Virus record (IMG/VR): IMGVR_UViG_3300006103_000040 | Span: 1-35,213 of that record | DNA length: 35,213 bases | Direction: 5' to 3' (one strand) | Source of the DNA: a virus | Lineage: Duplodnaviria; Caudoviricetes | Shown: piece by piece, positions 27,301-35,213 of the stretch | Layout of the letters: each line of letters starts with the position of its first letter | Position numbering within the stretch: the stretch's first letter is position 1 | Notes under the pieces: generated by a model | The model's input: only the letters and a program-made list of their open reading frames with translations | Told to the model about the DNA's origin: nothing | Databases searched by the model: none | Position numbers and translations under genes: made by a program

Positions 27301-27694
27301 TACCTGAACCCGCATCGGATGCAACTGGTGCTGACAGTGTTGATGGAACTGTAGTAATAGTTAGAGAACCCGCAGAAGTTGATGTTGGAGTACTTCCTGT
27401 GGAGTTTGATCCAGTTACAGATATGGAATAAGTAGTTCCATTTTGTAGCCCTGTTACAACAATTGGGCTTGAATAACTTGTGGCTGTGTACGATCCTGGT
27501 GAAGTTGTTACTGTGTACGAAGTAATCACACCACCAGTTGCTGCTGGTGTAATGGTGACAGAAGCAGCGCCGTTGTTATATGGGCGTGCGGTACCTACGT
27601 CGACGCTGGATGCAGAGGCGAGCGAATCAGGGACGTCAGGTATAACGGTTACGTTACCGTCTACGTCTTCTTCACTGGCATGTCTGATACTCAT
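24347..27694 (-). CDS. virion fibre/adhesin: about 7 FN3 domains, CBM-like insert, C-terminal Gly-rich domain
   Basis: Repeated VPxAP...GGxxITxYTVTSxPG...SPIxVxGL...YTFTVxAxNxxGxS; ITNPTFE CBM start; YLVVAGG...GSGIVIIAY Gly-rich tip. Confidence 0.88.
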   Translation of the reverse strand: MSIRHASEEDVDGNVTVIPDVPDSLASASSVDVGTARPYNNGAASVTITPAATGGVITSYTVTTSPGSYTATSYSSPIVVTGLQNGTTYSISVTGSNSTGSTPTSTSAGSLTITTVPSTLSAPVASDAGSGKAFNNGSASVAFSAPSSTGGKSISTYTVTSSPGSYTNSGATSPIVVSGLQSGTSYTYTVAATNANGSSTASSASTAVTATTVPQAPTTNTPTFASGQAYSASSASASVPFSANATGGSSITSYTITSTPGSLTASGSASPLTVAGLTPGTQYTFTTTATNANGTSSASSASPAVIPSTIPTAPTIGTPSVTTGQSYTGSANVTVNFTSLGAITNPTFESQSTSGYAASSATLSTSSTYSYGGTYSMSHTLTSGTDTNIGYWAGGTLPTTGTYAVTAWFYIPTGSTLAGKTIAFTYEGSGSPTFVSSSPATLVIGQWVQARAVYTFSSTTVGPFVSRLSVLPNTAVGQIIYSDNWGVDVVPGGGGNAITAYTVTSSSGATGSNTSSPITISETVGNPTTTARTYTVTAINANGTSSSSSASSAITPASVPQAPTLTSITTSEKTAGVNFTGNATGGSSITSYTALSSSGRSASGASSPLNISETTAGTYTYTVKATNAQGTSAASNTSGSYVYNVPSTPTIGTATAGNGSASITFTGSSANNNSSITGYTMTSSPGGITGTGSSSPITVSGLSNGTAYTFTVTATNGYGTSSASGSSSAVTPSTVPGAPSIGSATATGTSTATVTFSAPSSNGGASIDQYAVNILNSSGTYLSQQIFSGSPANITGLSAGTVYEFQVYAHNANGYGSGSSISNQITTAANKTSSVTYLVVAGGASSGYFGSSGGGGAGGYLSSTLAVSGGTGYTVTVGGGGAASTSGFGAGGSGSNSVFASITSTGGGGGASGAPGANNGVTGGSGGGGNGSGTSSGTGGAGTSGQGNTGGKGLTYGSSNFSGGGGGGAGAVGGNGALNLPGIASGGAGGAGSTFSLNGVTYAGGGGGGGLASNTSALYTTQGGGGAGGGGTGGGALNSVQYPATAGTANTGGGGGGTASSTYASGAGGSGIVIIAYPSSYATLTSIGGGLTYSYNDNGTNKIYTFTAGTGTVTI

Positions 27695-27706
27695 GTGACT
27701 TCTTTT

Positions 27707-28033
27707 CTACGGAGTTGTAATAGAGTTAGAGGAAGCAGATTTAGGTCCACTACCTATGCTATTAGAGGCTATAACACTGAAGGTGTAAGTTGTAGCAGAA
27801 CTAAGTCCTGTCACTGTTATGGGAGAAGAACCTGTAAATGTCAGTAGTCCTGGTGTTGATATAGCAGTAAAGGTAGTCGCAGCACCACCTGTAACTGCTG
27901 CGGTGTAAGCGACAGTGGCTGTTGTTGCACCTGTTCGAGTAGCGGTTCCAATGGTAGGAGCATCTGGAATATCCGCAATCTTTGTAGAAGGTATGCTGAT
28001 GCTAGATGCACGATACTTCTTTGTATTAGCCAT
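27707..28033 (-). CDS. single FN3-domain protein
   Basis: IPDAPTIGTAT...SPITVTGLSSATTYTFSVIASNSIG. Confidence 0.85.
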   Translation of the reverse strand: MANTKKYRASSISIPSTKIADIPDAPTIGTATRTGATTATVAYTAAVTGGAATTFTAISTPGLLTFTGSSPITVTGLSSATTYTFSVIASNSIGSGPKSASSNSITTP

Positions 28034-28061
28034 CAGTTATCCTTTCTTATAAAGCGCCTTT

Positions 28062-28358
28062 TTACTTAGCGGCTTCTTCTGCTGCTACTCGTGCATCATG
28101 CATTGCTTGGTTTTCTACAGTAACACCAATGCTGTAAAGATAGTCAAGTGTTGGATCTGTAAATGTTGTGCCATCCCACGTAGACCAACGAGCAGGCACT
28201 GAGCCATGGTTGCATAGGCATATAACAGTGTCGCAGCCCTGTTCTGTCTTTACTGTTTCTAATAAACCAGAAGTGTGTGCAGACTCATCAAAAACAAAGA
28301 TGTGTTCTACTACATTATTTTTAATAAACGCGTGTTCGTGTTCTTCTAAATGTGACAT
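28062..28358 (-). CDS. hypothetical fibre-associated protein
   Basis: 98 aa; HAFIKNNVVEHIFV...WDGTTFTDP; SD AAGGAG; follows a Gly-rich gene. Confidence 0.7.
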   Translation of the reverse strand: MSHLEEHEHAFIKNNVVEHIFVFDESAHTSGLLETVKTEQGCDTVICLCNHGSVPARWSTWDGTTFTDPTLDYLYSIGVTVENQAMHDARVAAEEAAK

Positions 28359-28367
28359 GTTTTCTCC

Positions 28368-29123
28368 TTATGACCAATAGGTAACGCGAGCATAGCCAGA
28401 ACCACCAGCGGCTCCTGCAGCAGTTGCGTTGAAAGCGCCACCGCCTCCGCCACCTGTGTTGGTTGCTCCTGCTGTTGGTGTAGACGATGAACCTTTTCCT
28501 CCACCAGCGCCTCCGCTAGGCATGCTAGTAGCACCAGCACCACCGCCACCACCAAATCCGTTAATCCCTGGTCCGCCTGCTGTGTTTGAATATACAGACC
28601 CGCTTCCTCCTTGCGAACCGACACCTGCTGTGCCTGCACCGTTGGATGAACCTCCATAAAAAACGGCGTTACCTCCAGCACCGCCACCCGAACCAGCACC
28701 GCCACCAGTACCAGAAAATCCTCCACCACCACCAGAACCACCATTGCCGCCAGCAGCGCTACTAGTTCCGCCACCTCCGTAGCCTCCTCCTGAAGCAGTA
28801 GCAAGTGAACCAAAAGTTGTGTCTCCACCAGTTCCGCCTGAGCCACCAGCAGAAGCACCAGCGGTTCCAGCGGCTCCAACAGTTACTGTGTATGCACTAC
28901 CAGCAGTTACAGCAATAGTTTTCCATACAACTCCGCCACCGCCACCACCACCACCCTGTGATCCAGGTGCGCCACTACTAGCACCACCGCCACCGCCACC
29001 ACCGCCAACAAGGAACACCTCAACAGTTGTGCAGTTAGATGGGGCTGTAAAAGTACCAGTAGACAAGAACTCTTGAACCTTTTGAGATAAAGGCGCCGTT
29101 AAAGCGTTATAACTAATAGCCAT
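28368..29123 (-). CDS. glycine-rich domain virion protein
   Basis: FLSTGTFTAP...VEVFLVGGGGGG...YTVTVGAAG...GGSGYARVTYW; start at MAISY 29123 (TAATG). Confidence 0.85.
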   Translation of the reverse strand: MAISYNALTAPLSQKVQEFLSTGTFTAPSNCTTVEVFLVGGGGGGGGASSGAPGSQGGGGGGGGVVWKTIAVTAGSAYTVTVGAAGTAGASAGGSGGTGGDTTFGSLATASGGGYGGGGTSSAAGGNGGSGGGGGFSGTGGGAGSGGGAGGNAVFYGGSSNGAGTAGVGSQGGSGSVYSNTAGGPGINGFGGGGGAGATSMPSGGAGGGKGSSSTPTAGATNTGGGGGGAFNATAAGAAGGSGYARVTYWS

Positions 29124-29782
29124 TAAGAGACTCTCCATCCGTAGGTTGCGCCTACATATACTAGGTTGACTGCGGCATATGCCTTATCAATTGTCAATGT
29201 TGTTGCTTGTCCATTGATATTGGACGAGTTATTTGCAACGGTAATGTTATTAGTTGCTGCTGAACCTGTAGCATCAAAGATATGGACTTCTGCACCCAAT
29301 GAAGGGGATGCAGGAAGAGTCAATGTACGAGCCGCTGAGGTGTCTACCATATAAGAGTTACCAGAGGCTAGTGTGATGTTTGATGATGTAGCCGTTGCTG
29401 GAAATACTGGAGAGGCAGAAACTGTTGCCCACTGAACGCCTGAACCTGTTGTCTGTAGGTACTGACCATTGGTACCAGCGCTTGAGTTAGCAGTAAGAGT
29501 ACCTGTAAGAGTTGCTCCAGATAGAGTCAAGCCAGAGATAGTAGAGACTGTAGCGCCAGAAGCAATAGATGTAGAACCAATAGTAGGCGCAGAATAACCT
29601 GAAATGGTGGTCCACTGAAGCCCTGCAGTTTGACCAGATGCAGCAGTAAGAACCTGCCCATTAGTTCCAACTGGAACGTTAACAACGGCACCAGATGCTG
29701 TTGCAGCGATAATGTCACCCTTAGCGGTGACAATACCTACTGGGATTTCAGCAGATGCCTGAGTGACGTTAGAGACTGTCAT
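29123..29782 (-). CDS. virion fibre/connector protein
   Basis: TAKGDII, two GQxL...W repeats, C-terminal YMVDTS...LTLPASPSLG...NNITV...LVYVGATYGW domain (T4 gp9/10-like). Confidence 0.75.
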   Translation of the reverse strand: MTVSNVTQASAEIPVGIVTAKGDIIAATASGAVVNVPVGTNGQVLTAASGQTAGLQWTTISGYSAPTIGSTSIASGATVSTISGLTLSGATLTGTLTANSSAGTNGQYLQTTGSGVQWATVSASPVFPATATSSNITLASGNSYMVDTSAARTLTLPASPSLGAEVHIFDATGSAATNNITVANNSSNINGQATTLTIDKAYAAVNLVYVGATYGWRVS

Positions 29783-30120
29783 TAGGAGATTTCACTTCCA
29801 AATGCATTGAATGATGTTGTTGCGCTAGATGCGTAGACGCGGAGTTGATCACCTGTAGCGAGTGTGATACCTACAGTCAAGACTGTTGTATCTGAGGCGG
29901 CTACTGTGGCACCATAGACGATCCACGAGAGCGCTGCTGCTGGGGATGTTGAACCGCCAGACTTGACTACCGCAATACGGTATGTGGCAGCAGTGGCTGC
30001 CTGATTACAAACGGTAATAGTAGAGACTACAGCAGAGGTAGCAGCGGGAACCAGATATAACTGGGTCTCTGTTGTGGCTGATGGGGCTACTTGACCCAGT
30101 ACTTTGTAAGCGGTGGCCAT
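29782..30120 (-). CDS. small beta-sandwich virion protein
   Basis: MATAYKVLGQVAPSATTETQLYLVP...FGSEIS; SD AAGGAG. Confidence 0.75.
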   Translation of the reverse strand: MATAYKVLGQVAPSATTETQLYLVPAATSAVVSTITVCNQAATAATYRIAVVKSGGSTSPAAALSWIVYGATVAASDTTVLTVGITLATGDQLRVYASSATTSFNAFGSEIS

Positions 30121-30177
30121 GGGACTCCTTTAGAGGTATTGGCTATAGGTTAAATGGTACAGAGCCAATTTGTGGGC

Positions 30178-30183
30178 TAAAGT
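30178..30183 (+). promoter_or_regulatory. putative leaderless -10 element of the inverted cassette
   Basis: TAAAGT, 6 nt, then ATG 30190; no SD. Confidence 0.55.
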
Positions 30184-30189
30184 GACCCT

Positions 30190-31194
30190 ATGAATTTGGT
30201 GCAAAAATCGGTTTCTCAGGGTGGAAAATTAGCGCCCATCATCATACCTAGCGCTTTGACTAACGGTCTTGGCCTAATGAATCCTTCTGTGTACATAGAC
30301 GATGACGGTGACATCTTAGTTAATCTTCGTCAGGTTAATTACACCCTGTACATATCTGAAAATGAAAAGCGCTTTTTCTCTCCTTGGGGGCCGCTTACTT
30401 ATCTTCATCCAGAGAAAGACCAACGCCTGGTCACCAATAATTTCCTTTGCCGTTTAGATAAAGACTACAACGTCATCAACTACACCAAGGTAGAGATGCT
30501 AGAACTGCATACCCCTATCTGGGAATTTGTTGGTTTAGAAGATGCTCGTGTAGTCCAGTGGGATGGCGATTACTACCTGATTGGCGTCCGTCGTGATACC
30601 ACGACCAATGGACAAGGTCGCATGGAGTACAGCAAGGTAGAAATCGACAAAGAAAACTGGACTGTCAAAGAGATCCAACGAGTACGAGTTCCAGCCCCAC
30701 TACACGAAGATACGTCGTACTGTGAGAAGAACTGGATGCCCGTCCTTGATAATCCTTATCACTTTGTCAAGTGGGCTATGCCTACAGAAGTTGTTTGGGC
30801 CAATCCTAACGAGCCTGAGTGTAAACAGACTACAGTAAATGATAACGTTCCTAGACCACCCATTGATCAACGAGGTGGTTCTCACGTTGTTGCTTGGGGT
30901 GACTACTACATCTGCGTTACACATGAGGTTAAACTGTGGAGAAACTATTTAAACCAAAAAGATTCAACCTATAGACACCGACTAATTGTTTGGGATAAAG
31001 AGTTTAACTTTGTTGGTCTTAGTACAGAGTTTGCCTTTATGGATACTCCTATTGAGTTTTGTGTTGGGGCCGCCCTAATTAACGACAATTTACTTTTAAG
31101 TTTTGGCGTACAAGATAACTCAGCATTTGTGCTTGAAGTTCCACAATCTGTTGTTAACGAATTGATTGAAGAGGCAAAAACATATGGCAATTAA
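30190..31194 (+). CDS. five-bladed beta-propeller glyco-enzyme (GH130/GH43/GT91-like)
   Basis: MNPSV, GLEDARVV, EKNWMP, RGGS, IEFCVG motifs. Confidence 0.7.
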   Translation: MNLVQKSVSQGGKLAPIIIPSALTNGLGLMNPSVYIDDDGDILVNLRQVNYTLYISENEKRFFSPWGPLTYLHPEKDQRLVTNNFLCRLDKDYNVINYTKVEMLELHTPIWEFVGLEDARVVQWDGDYYLIGVRRDTTTNGQGRMEYSKVEIDKENWTVKEIQRVRVPAPLHEDTSYCEKNWMPVLDNPYHFVKWAMPTEVVWANPNEPECKQTTVNDNVPRPPIDQRGGSHVVAWGDYYICVTHEVKLWRNYLNQKDSTYRHRLIVWDKEFNFVGLSTEFAFMDTPIEFCVGAALINDNLLLSFGVQDNSAFVLEVPQSVVNELIEEAKTYGN

Positions 31195-31744
31195 AGAACT
31201 GGCAATTGACGTTGCTTTTGACTCCTTTAACCCTGAGAAAAACTTTGCTTTGGCTAATGCCTATTACGATCAAGGGCAGTACTCTTCTGCCGCTGGGTTC
31301 TATCTTAGGGCTGCGGATCGTGGATATAAGACTCATCCACTTATTGCTTACACCTCCCTGCTGAGGATGTCCCTCTGCTTTACTCAACAAGGAGAACGCA
31401 GCGCTACCGTCTATCAGAATACGTTACAAGCACTTACTCTTCTTCCTGGGAGACCAGAGGCGTACTTCCTACTGTCACGCATTCATGAGCGCAATAAAGA
31501 ATGGCAGAAGGCATACACCTTTGCAGAACTTGGCCTTGTACATACCATCGCAAGTTATAATCAACCACTTCCTGTCTATGTAGAGTACAACGGCCCATAC
31601 GTATTGATGTTTGAGAAGGCTGTTTCTGGCTGGTGGTTAGGGCGTAAAGAAGAGAGCAAGGAGTTGTTTACACATCTTCTTGATAACGTTGAGATGTCTC
31701 AAGAGTATCTCAATGGCTGTATTAACAATATGAAGTTGTTCTGA
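31184..31744 (+). CDS. TPR-repeat protein
   Basis: PEKNFALANAYYDQGQYSSAAGFYLRA; ALTLLPGRPEAYFLLSRIHE; likely start MAIKE at 31184. Confidence 0.85.
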   Translation: MAIKELAIDVAFDSFNPEKNFALANAYYDQGQYSSAAGFYLRAADRGYKTHPLIAYTSLLRMSLCFTQQGERSATVYQNTLQALTLLPGRPEAYFLLSRIHERNKEWQKAYTFAELGLVHTIASYNQPLPVYVEYNGPYVLMFEKAVSGWWLGRKEESKELFTHLLDNVEMSQEYLNGCINNMKLF

Positions 31745-32280
31745 TGTTTCCTAATTGGTTTCAAAACGTCTCCCCATACTTTGACCGCAAATGCCCTGAA
31801 GTTCCTTTGCGTGCATTACAGATTGGTACCTATACAGGGGATGCTACAGAATGGCTACTTCTTAATAGAAACATTTTGACTATTGATGATGTGGATACTT
31901 GGGCAGGCAGTGAAGAAGAACAACATGAACATTTAGACTTTTCTTCTGTAGAGGAGTATTACGACTCTCGCTTTAAAGATAACCCAAGAGTTATTAAAAA
32001 TAAGATGACTAGTGATGAATTCTTTAACCAGAACAAAAAGACCTTTAATTTTATCTACATAGACGGTAGCCACACTGCCCTTCAAACGGCTTTAGATGGC
32101 CTCAACGCCTTTAAAGTCCTTGAGCCTGATGGTGTTATTGCCTTTGACGATTACCTATGGGCAGAGGGCGGCAAACCCTTCCTAGAGCCTATGCGTGGTG
32201 TTAATGCCTTTATGCAGGTATGTGAGGGCGAGATGAAGTGCCTAGAAGACGGCTATCAGATGTGGTTTGTTAAATGCTAG
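31744..32280 (+). CDS. class I SAM-dependent methyltransferase (Methyltransf_24-like)
   Basis: ALQIGTYTG, VDTWAGS, FNFIYIDGSH, LEPDGVIAFDDY. Confidence 0.9.
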   Translation: MFPNWFQNVSPYFDRKCPEVPLRALQIGTYTGDATEWLLLNRNILTIDDVDTWAGSEEEQHEHLDFSSVEEYYDSRFKDNPRVIKNKMTSDEFFNQNKKTFNFIYIDGSHTALQTALDGLNAFKVLEPDGVIAFDDYLWAEGGKPFLEPMRGVNAFMQVCEGEMKCLEDGYQMWFVKC

Positions 32281-33008
32281 AGAATGCTTGTTTTGAAGTA
32301 TTTCACACTGACACAGGAAATAAACTTCGCAATCAATCTTATGACGGAATTCTTAAGAGCGTGTCTTTTCTCCCTAGACTTGGTTCTCCTACCATGTACC
32401 TTAACACCGTTGATAAGGTAGAGAACTTCATCAATCTGCACCCAAACTTTAAGGTCAATACTGTAGAAGATTACTGCCAACCAGGAGAAACATTTCCTCC
32501 TAGCGCAGGAGTTGTAGGCGTTTGGGCAAGTAATTACAAGGCTTATAAGAAGTTCTTAGAATCCGATTACGACACACTGCTTCTCTTTGAAGACGACATT
32601 CTTGTAAGTAAGAACTTTAAATCCGTCATTGAAACGTATATGCGTCAACTTCCTGTTGATTGGGATTTCTTCTCGTTCTTTGTTCCTGAAGATTCTCTCT
32701 TTGCCTACAATGAAGATACTCACACTATTGGGGCAGAAAATGTTTGTATCTCATATCAACAGTGGTCATGCGCTGGTTACATGGTAAGCCGAGAAGGTGC
32801 ACGAAAGGCTGTAGAGGATATAGAGTCACGAGGCATCAATTGTCCTGTGGATTGGTACATCTTTAACTTTCGTATGAAGAAAGAAGAGAACCAAAAAACT
32901 TTTTACACTTATACATTAAAGCCAGGAAATTATCGCCCCATAAACTTCTTAAAGGGTGCAGCCGAATATACCCAGATTCACAATGGAAGTACTGATTTAC
33001 TAAACTAG
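32274..33008 (+). CDS. GT25-like glycosyltransferase
   Basis: GVVGVWASNYKAYKKFL...LLLFEDDI...WDFFSF...AGYMVSREGARK...PVDW. Confidence 0.85.
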   Translation: MLENACFEVFHTDTGNKLRNQSYDGILKSVSFLPRLGSPTMYLNTVDKVENFINLHPNFKVNTVEDYCQPGETFPPSAGVVGVWASNYKAYKKFLESDYDTLLLFEDDILVSKNFKSVIETYMRQLPVDWDFFSFFVPEDSLFAYNEDTHTIGAENVCISYQQWSCAGYMVSREGARKAVEDIESRGINCPVDWYIFNFRMKKEENQKTFYTYTLKPGNYRPINFLKGAAEYTQIHNGSTDLLN

Positions 33009-35213
33009 TTACATTCCACCAAACAACAAGATTGTTACTGTAGGGTCTGCTGCAACTTGTCCAATAAGTCCCTGTACACCCTGCACGCCTTGAGTACCCT
33101 GAACGCCCTGTGTACCCTGCGTTCCCTGCACACCCTGCGTTCCCTGCACACCCTGCGTTCCCTGTGCGCCTGTAGTTCCTTGAATAGATAGGCTTTGTAC
33201 ACCTTGCGTACCTTGCGTACCTTGCGTTCCTTGTACACCTTGAGAACCAAGGGTACCTTGTGCACCAGTAGTACCCTGAATACCGATCGCACCATCAAGG
33301 TTAACTGTCCACGAGGTATATGTTCCAGAACCTAGGCTACGGGTGACTGTGATAGTCAATGATCCAGTACCAGAGTTATATGCTGTTACATCTCCATAAA
33401 TAATGTTAGAGATAGTGTTGGCAATAATAACTGACTGACCTACTGAGTAGGAAAGGTTAGTTGCAACTGTAAGAGTCTGAGAACCAGACGCTGGAAGAGT
33501 AAGCGAAGTTGTAGAAGATGTTTGGTACTTATCTCCTGCTGTTCCTTGTGAACCAAATGTTCCTTGAAGACCTTGAGTACCCTGTGTTCCTTGGGCGCCT
33601 TGCGCACCAGTGGTACCTTGAACTCCTTGAACACCCTGAGTTCCCTGTACGCCTTGTAGACCCTGTGTGCCTTGAATAGATGGACTCTGTACTCCTTGAA
33701 TACCTTGAACACCCTGGACGCCTTGGACGCCTTGAGTTCCTTGTGTGCCCTGCACACCTTGAGAGCCAGTAGTTCCTTGAGAGCCTTGAACTCCCTGCGT
33801 ACCTTGAGAACCCAAAGTACCTTGCACACCCTGTAGCCCTTGAACACCCTGCGTACCTTGAGCACCTGTTGCTCCTTGACTACCAAGGGTTCCTTGAACT
33901 CCTTGTAGTCCTTGAACTCCCTGAACGCCTTGTACACCCTGCACGCCTTGGGTACCTTGAACTCCCTGAGTACCCTGTAGACCTTGTGTACCTTGGATGG
34001 CGTAAGCAACTTGTGTGGCAGTAAGAATGATTCCTGGTGTTACTGGAGTTGTTGGGGTTGTTCCTGCAGAAATTGTTTCAATAGAAACTGTTGTACTTTC
34101 TGACTGCCACATGAAGGTAACAACGTCGTTAGCATTAAATGTATAGACGTAGTTAACAGTCTCAATGATTTGACCTGAAGCGGAACCGTGTGATTGCGGA
34201 ACAGTCATTTGGCTATTGGAGTATGGGGCATCTACGCCGTTAATACGAAGCCATAGGTTAGCGTTGTAAATCTGAGAAGCAGTGTTAACAAGTTGTACTG
34301 AGATAGTTATGCTATAAGTTCCTTGATGCAGGAACTTAATAGAATTTCCACCAAGTGTTTCAACACCGTTATTTTCATAGGTGTTGTTAATACTGATTGG
34401 GTACGCAGTTGTTGAGTTTGCTACTGTTTGGTTAGTAGTGTCGTAGAAAGAACCATAGTATGCGATTGTTCCACCAGCACCAGTTGCACCAGTAGCACCT
34501 TGTACACCTACACCACTAGCCTGTGTCCACAAAATAGCGTCTGTACCAATACGGATAGAACCATCTGGGTTAGAGCCGTTGGCATACATAAGCCATGCGG
34601 TTCCACCGTAAGTTGTTCCGTCAGTAACAAAAACGTAATCGCCCTCTTCTACCTGACCAGCAACGTGGTTATCTGAATCTGTAGCACGAGTAAGTTTCCA
34701 TTTAGCAGATGCGCCACCAGTTTGAGTTACTGTGTAAATACCGTTTTGAGTGTGAGTTGCTTGACCAGCAATAAGGACGCGATCACCAACTGCTAAAAGA
34801 GGAGTTGTGTAACCATCAATAGAGAGTGTTCCGTTAGTTGTTGCAATAATGTAGGCACCAATACCTGTGCCGTTGTCTGCATCTGCAGAGCCATCGTAGT
34901 ATGTAGCGCCATTACCAAGTGGAGTAGTTTGAATTGCTTCTACAGATTGGTGAGCATTTTGTGAAGAAACAGGTCCTACAGGTCCTTGAATACCCTGTGT
35001 TCCCTGTACTCCTTGGGTACCTTGAACTCCTTGTGTTCCTTGAACTCCTTGTGTACCCTGTGTACCTTGAAGTCCTTGTGCTCCTTGAGTACCGAGTGTT
35101 CCCTGTGAACCAGTAGTTCCTTGCGTACCCTGTAAACCTTGTACTCCTTGAATGCCTTGGACACCCTGAGTTCCTTGCGCTCCCTGAGCGCCAAGTGTTC
35201 CCTGTACTCCTTG
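33009..35213 (-). CDS. large collagen-like virion fibre protein (5' end outside window)
   Basis: The track's 526 aa frame stays open to the window end (checked by hand), adding GDRVLIAGQ...NGIYTV...WKLTRATD and more G-X-Q. Globular domains alternate with collagen tracts; ends DPTVTILLFGGM. Confidence 0.9.
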   Translation of the reverse strand, partial: QGVQGTLGAQGAQGTQGVQGIQGVQGLQGTQGTTGSQGTLGTQGAQGLQGTQGTQGVQGTQGVQGTQGVQGTQGIQGPVGPVSSQNAHQSVEAIQTTPLGNGATYYDGSADADNGTGIGAYIIATTNGTLSIDGYTTPLLAVGDRVLIAGQATHTQNGIYTVTQTGGASAKWKLTRATDSDNHVAGQVEEGDYVFVTDGTTYGGTAWLMYANGSNPDGSIRIGTDAILWTQASGVGVQGATGATGAGGTIAYYGSFYDTTNQTVANSTTAYPISINNTYENNGVETLGGNSIKFLHQGTYSITISVQLVNTASQIYNANLWLRINGVDAPYSNSQMTVPQSHGSASGQIIETVNYVYTFNANDVVTFMWQSESTTVSIETISAGTTPTTPVTPGIILTATQVAYAIQGTQGLQGTQGVQGTQGVQGVQGVQGVQGLQGVQGTLGSQGATGAQGTQGVQGLQGVQGTLGSQGTQGVQGSQGTTGSQGVQGTQGTQGVQGVQGVQGIQGVQSPSIQGTQGLQGVQGTQGVQGVQGTTGAQGAQGTQGTQGLQGTFGSQGTAGDKYQTSSTTSLTLPASGSQTLTVATNLSYSVGQSVIIANTISNIIYGDVTAYNSGTGSLTITVTRSLGSGTYTSWTVNLDGAIGIQGTTGAQGTLGSQGVQGTQGTQGTQGVQSLSIQGTTGAQGTQGVQGTQGVQGTQGTQGVQGTQGVQGVQGLIGQVAADPTVTILLFGGM
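33065..34000 (-). repeat. two collagen-like G-X-Q tracts (about 33065-33290 and 33530-34000)
   Basis: 9-nt periodicity; GTQ/GVQ/GLQ/GAQ/GSQ. Confidence 0.9.
34972..35213 (-). repeat. collagen-like G-X-Q tract
   Basis: Same 9-nt periodic pattern running off the window end. Confidence 0.9.

Noticed and set aside
33440-34009. Alternative-frame basic ORFs over collagen tracts (also 33035-33298, 34976-35194, 7789-7974)
   Set aside because: Shifted readings of G-X-Q repeats lack stops by construction; no initiation signals.
33009-34589. 526 aa protein starting at 34589
   Set aside because: The frame is open to the window end, so this ATG is internal.
1-35213. Stop-codon recoding, DGR, tRNA genes
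   Set aside because: TAG and TGA end genes at sensible boundaries and long genes are intact under code 11; no reverse transcriptase or template/variable repeat pair seen; intergenic gaps show no cloverleaf.

Overview
The window is a segment of a tailed dsDNA phage with a contractile tail, almost entirely on the minus strand. A probable actinobacterial host is inferred from leaderless TANNNT promoters. Reading right to left: a large collagen-like fibre gene (cut by the window end); an inverted four-gene plus-strand cassette (beta-propeller glyco-enzyme, TPR protein, SAM methyltransferase, GT25 glycosyltransferase); accessory fibre genes (Gly-rich, FN3, CBM); a neck-like gene, one Asp-rich protein and an array of about nine tiny Lys-rich proteins, including a metallothionein-like peptide and an inserted endonuclease VII, closed by a terminator; the tail module (sheath, tube, Zn-binding chaperone with a probable +1 frameshift extension, tape measure with M23 and lysozyme-like domains, baseplate genes, a spike fused to collagen); and a replication module (HTH initiator with iterons and an AT-rich tract, DnaC-like loader, SWIM protein, DnaB). 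No capsid, portal, terminase, tRNA or CRISPR was seen. All family calls come from motif recognition by eye, not from database searches.
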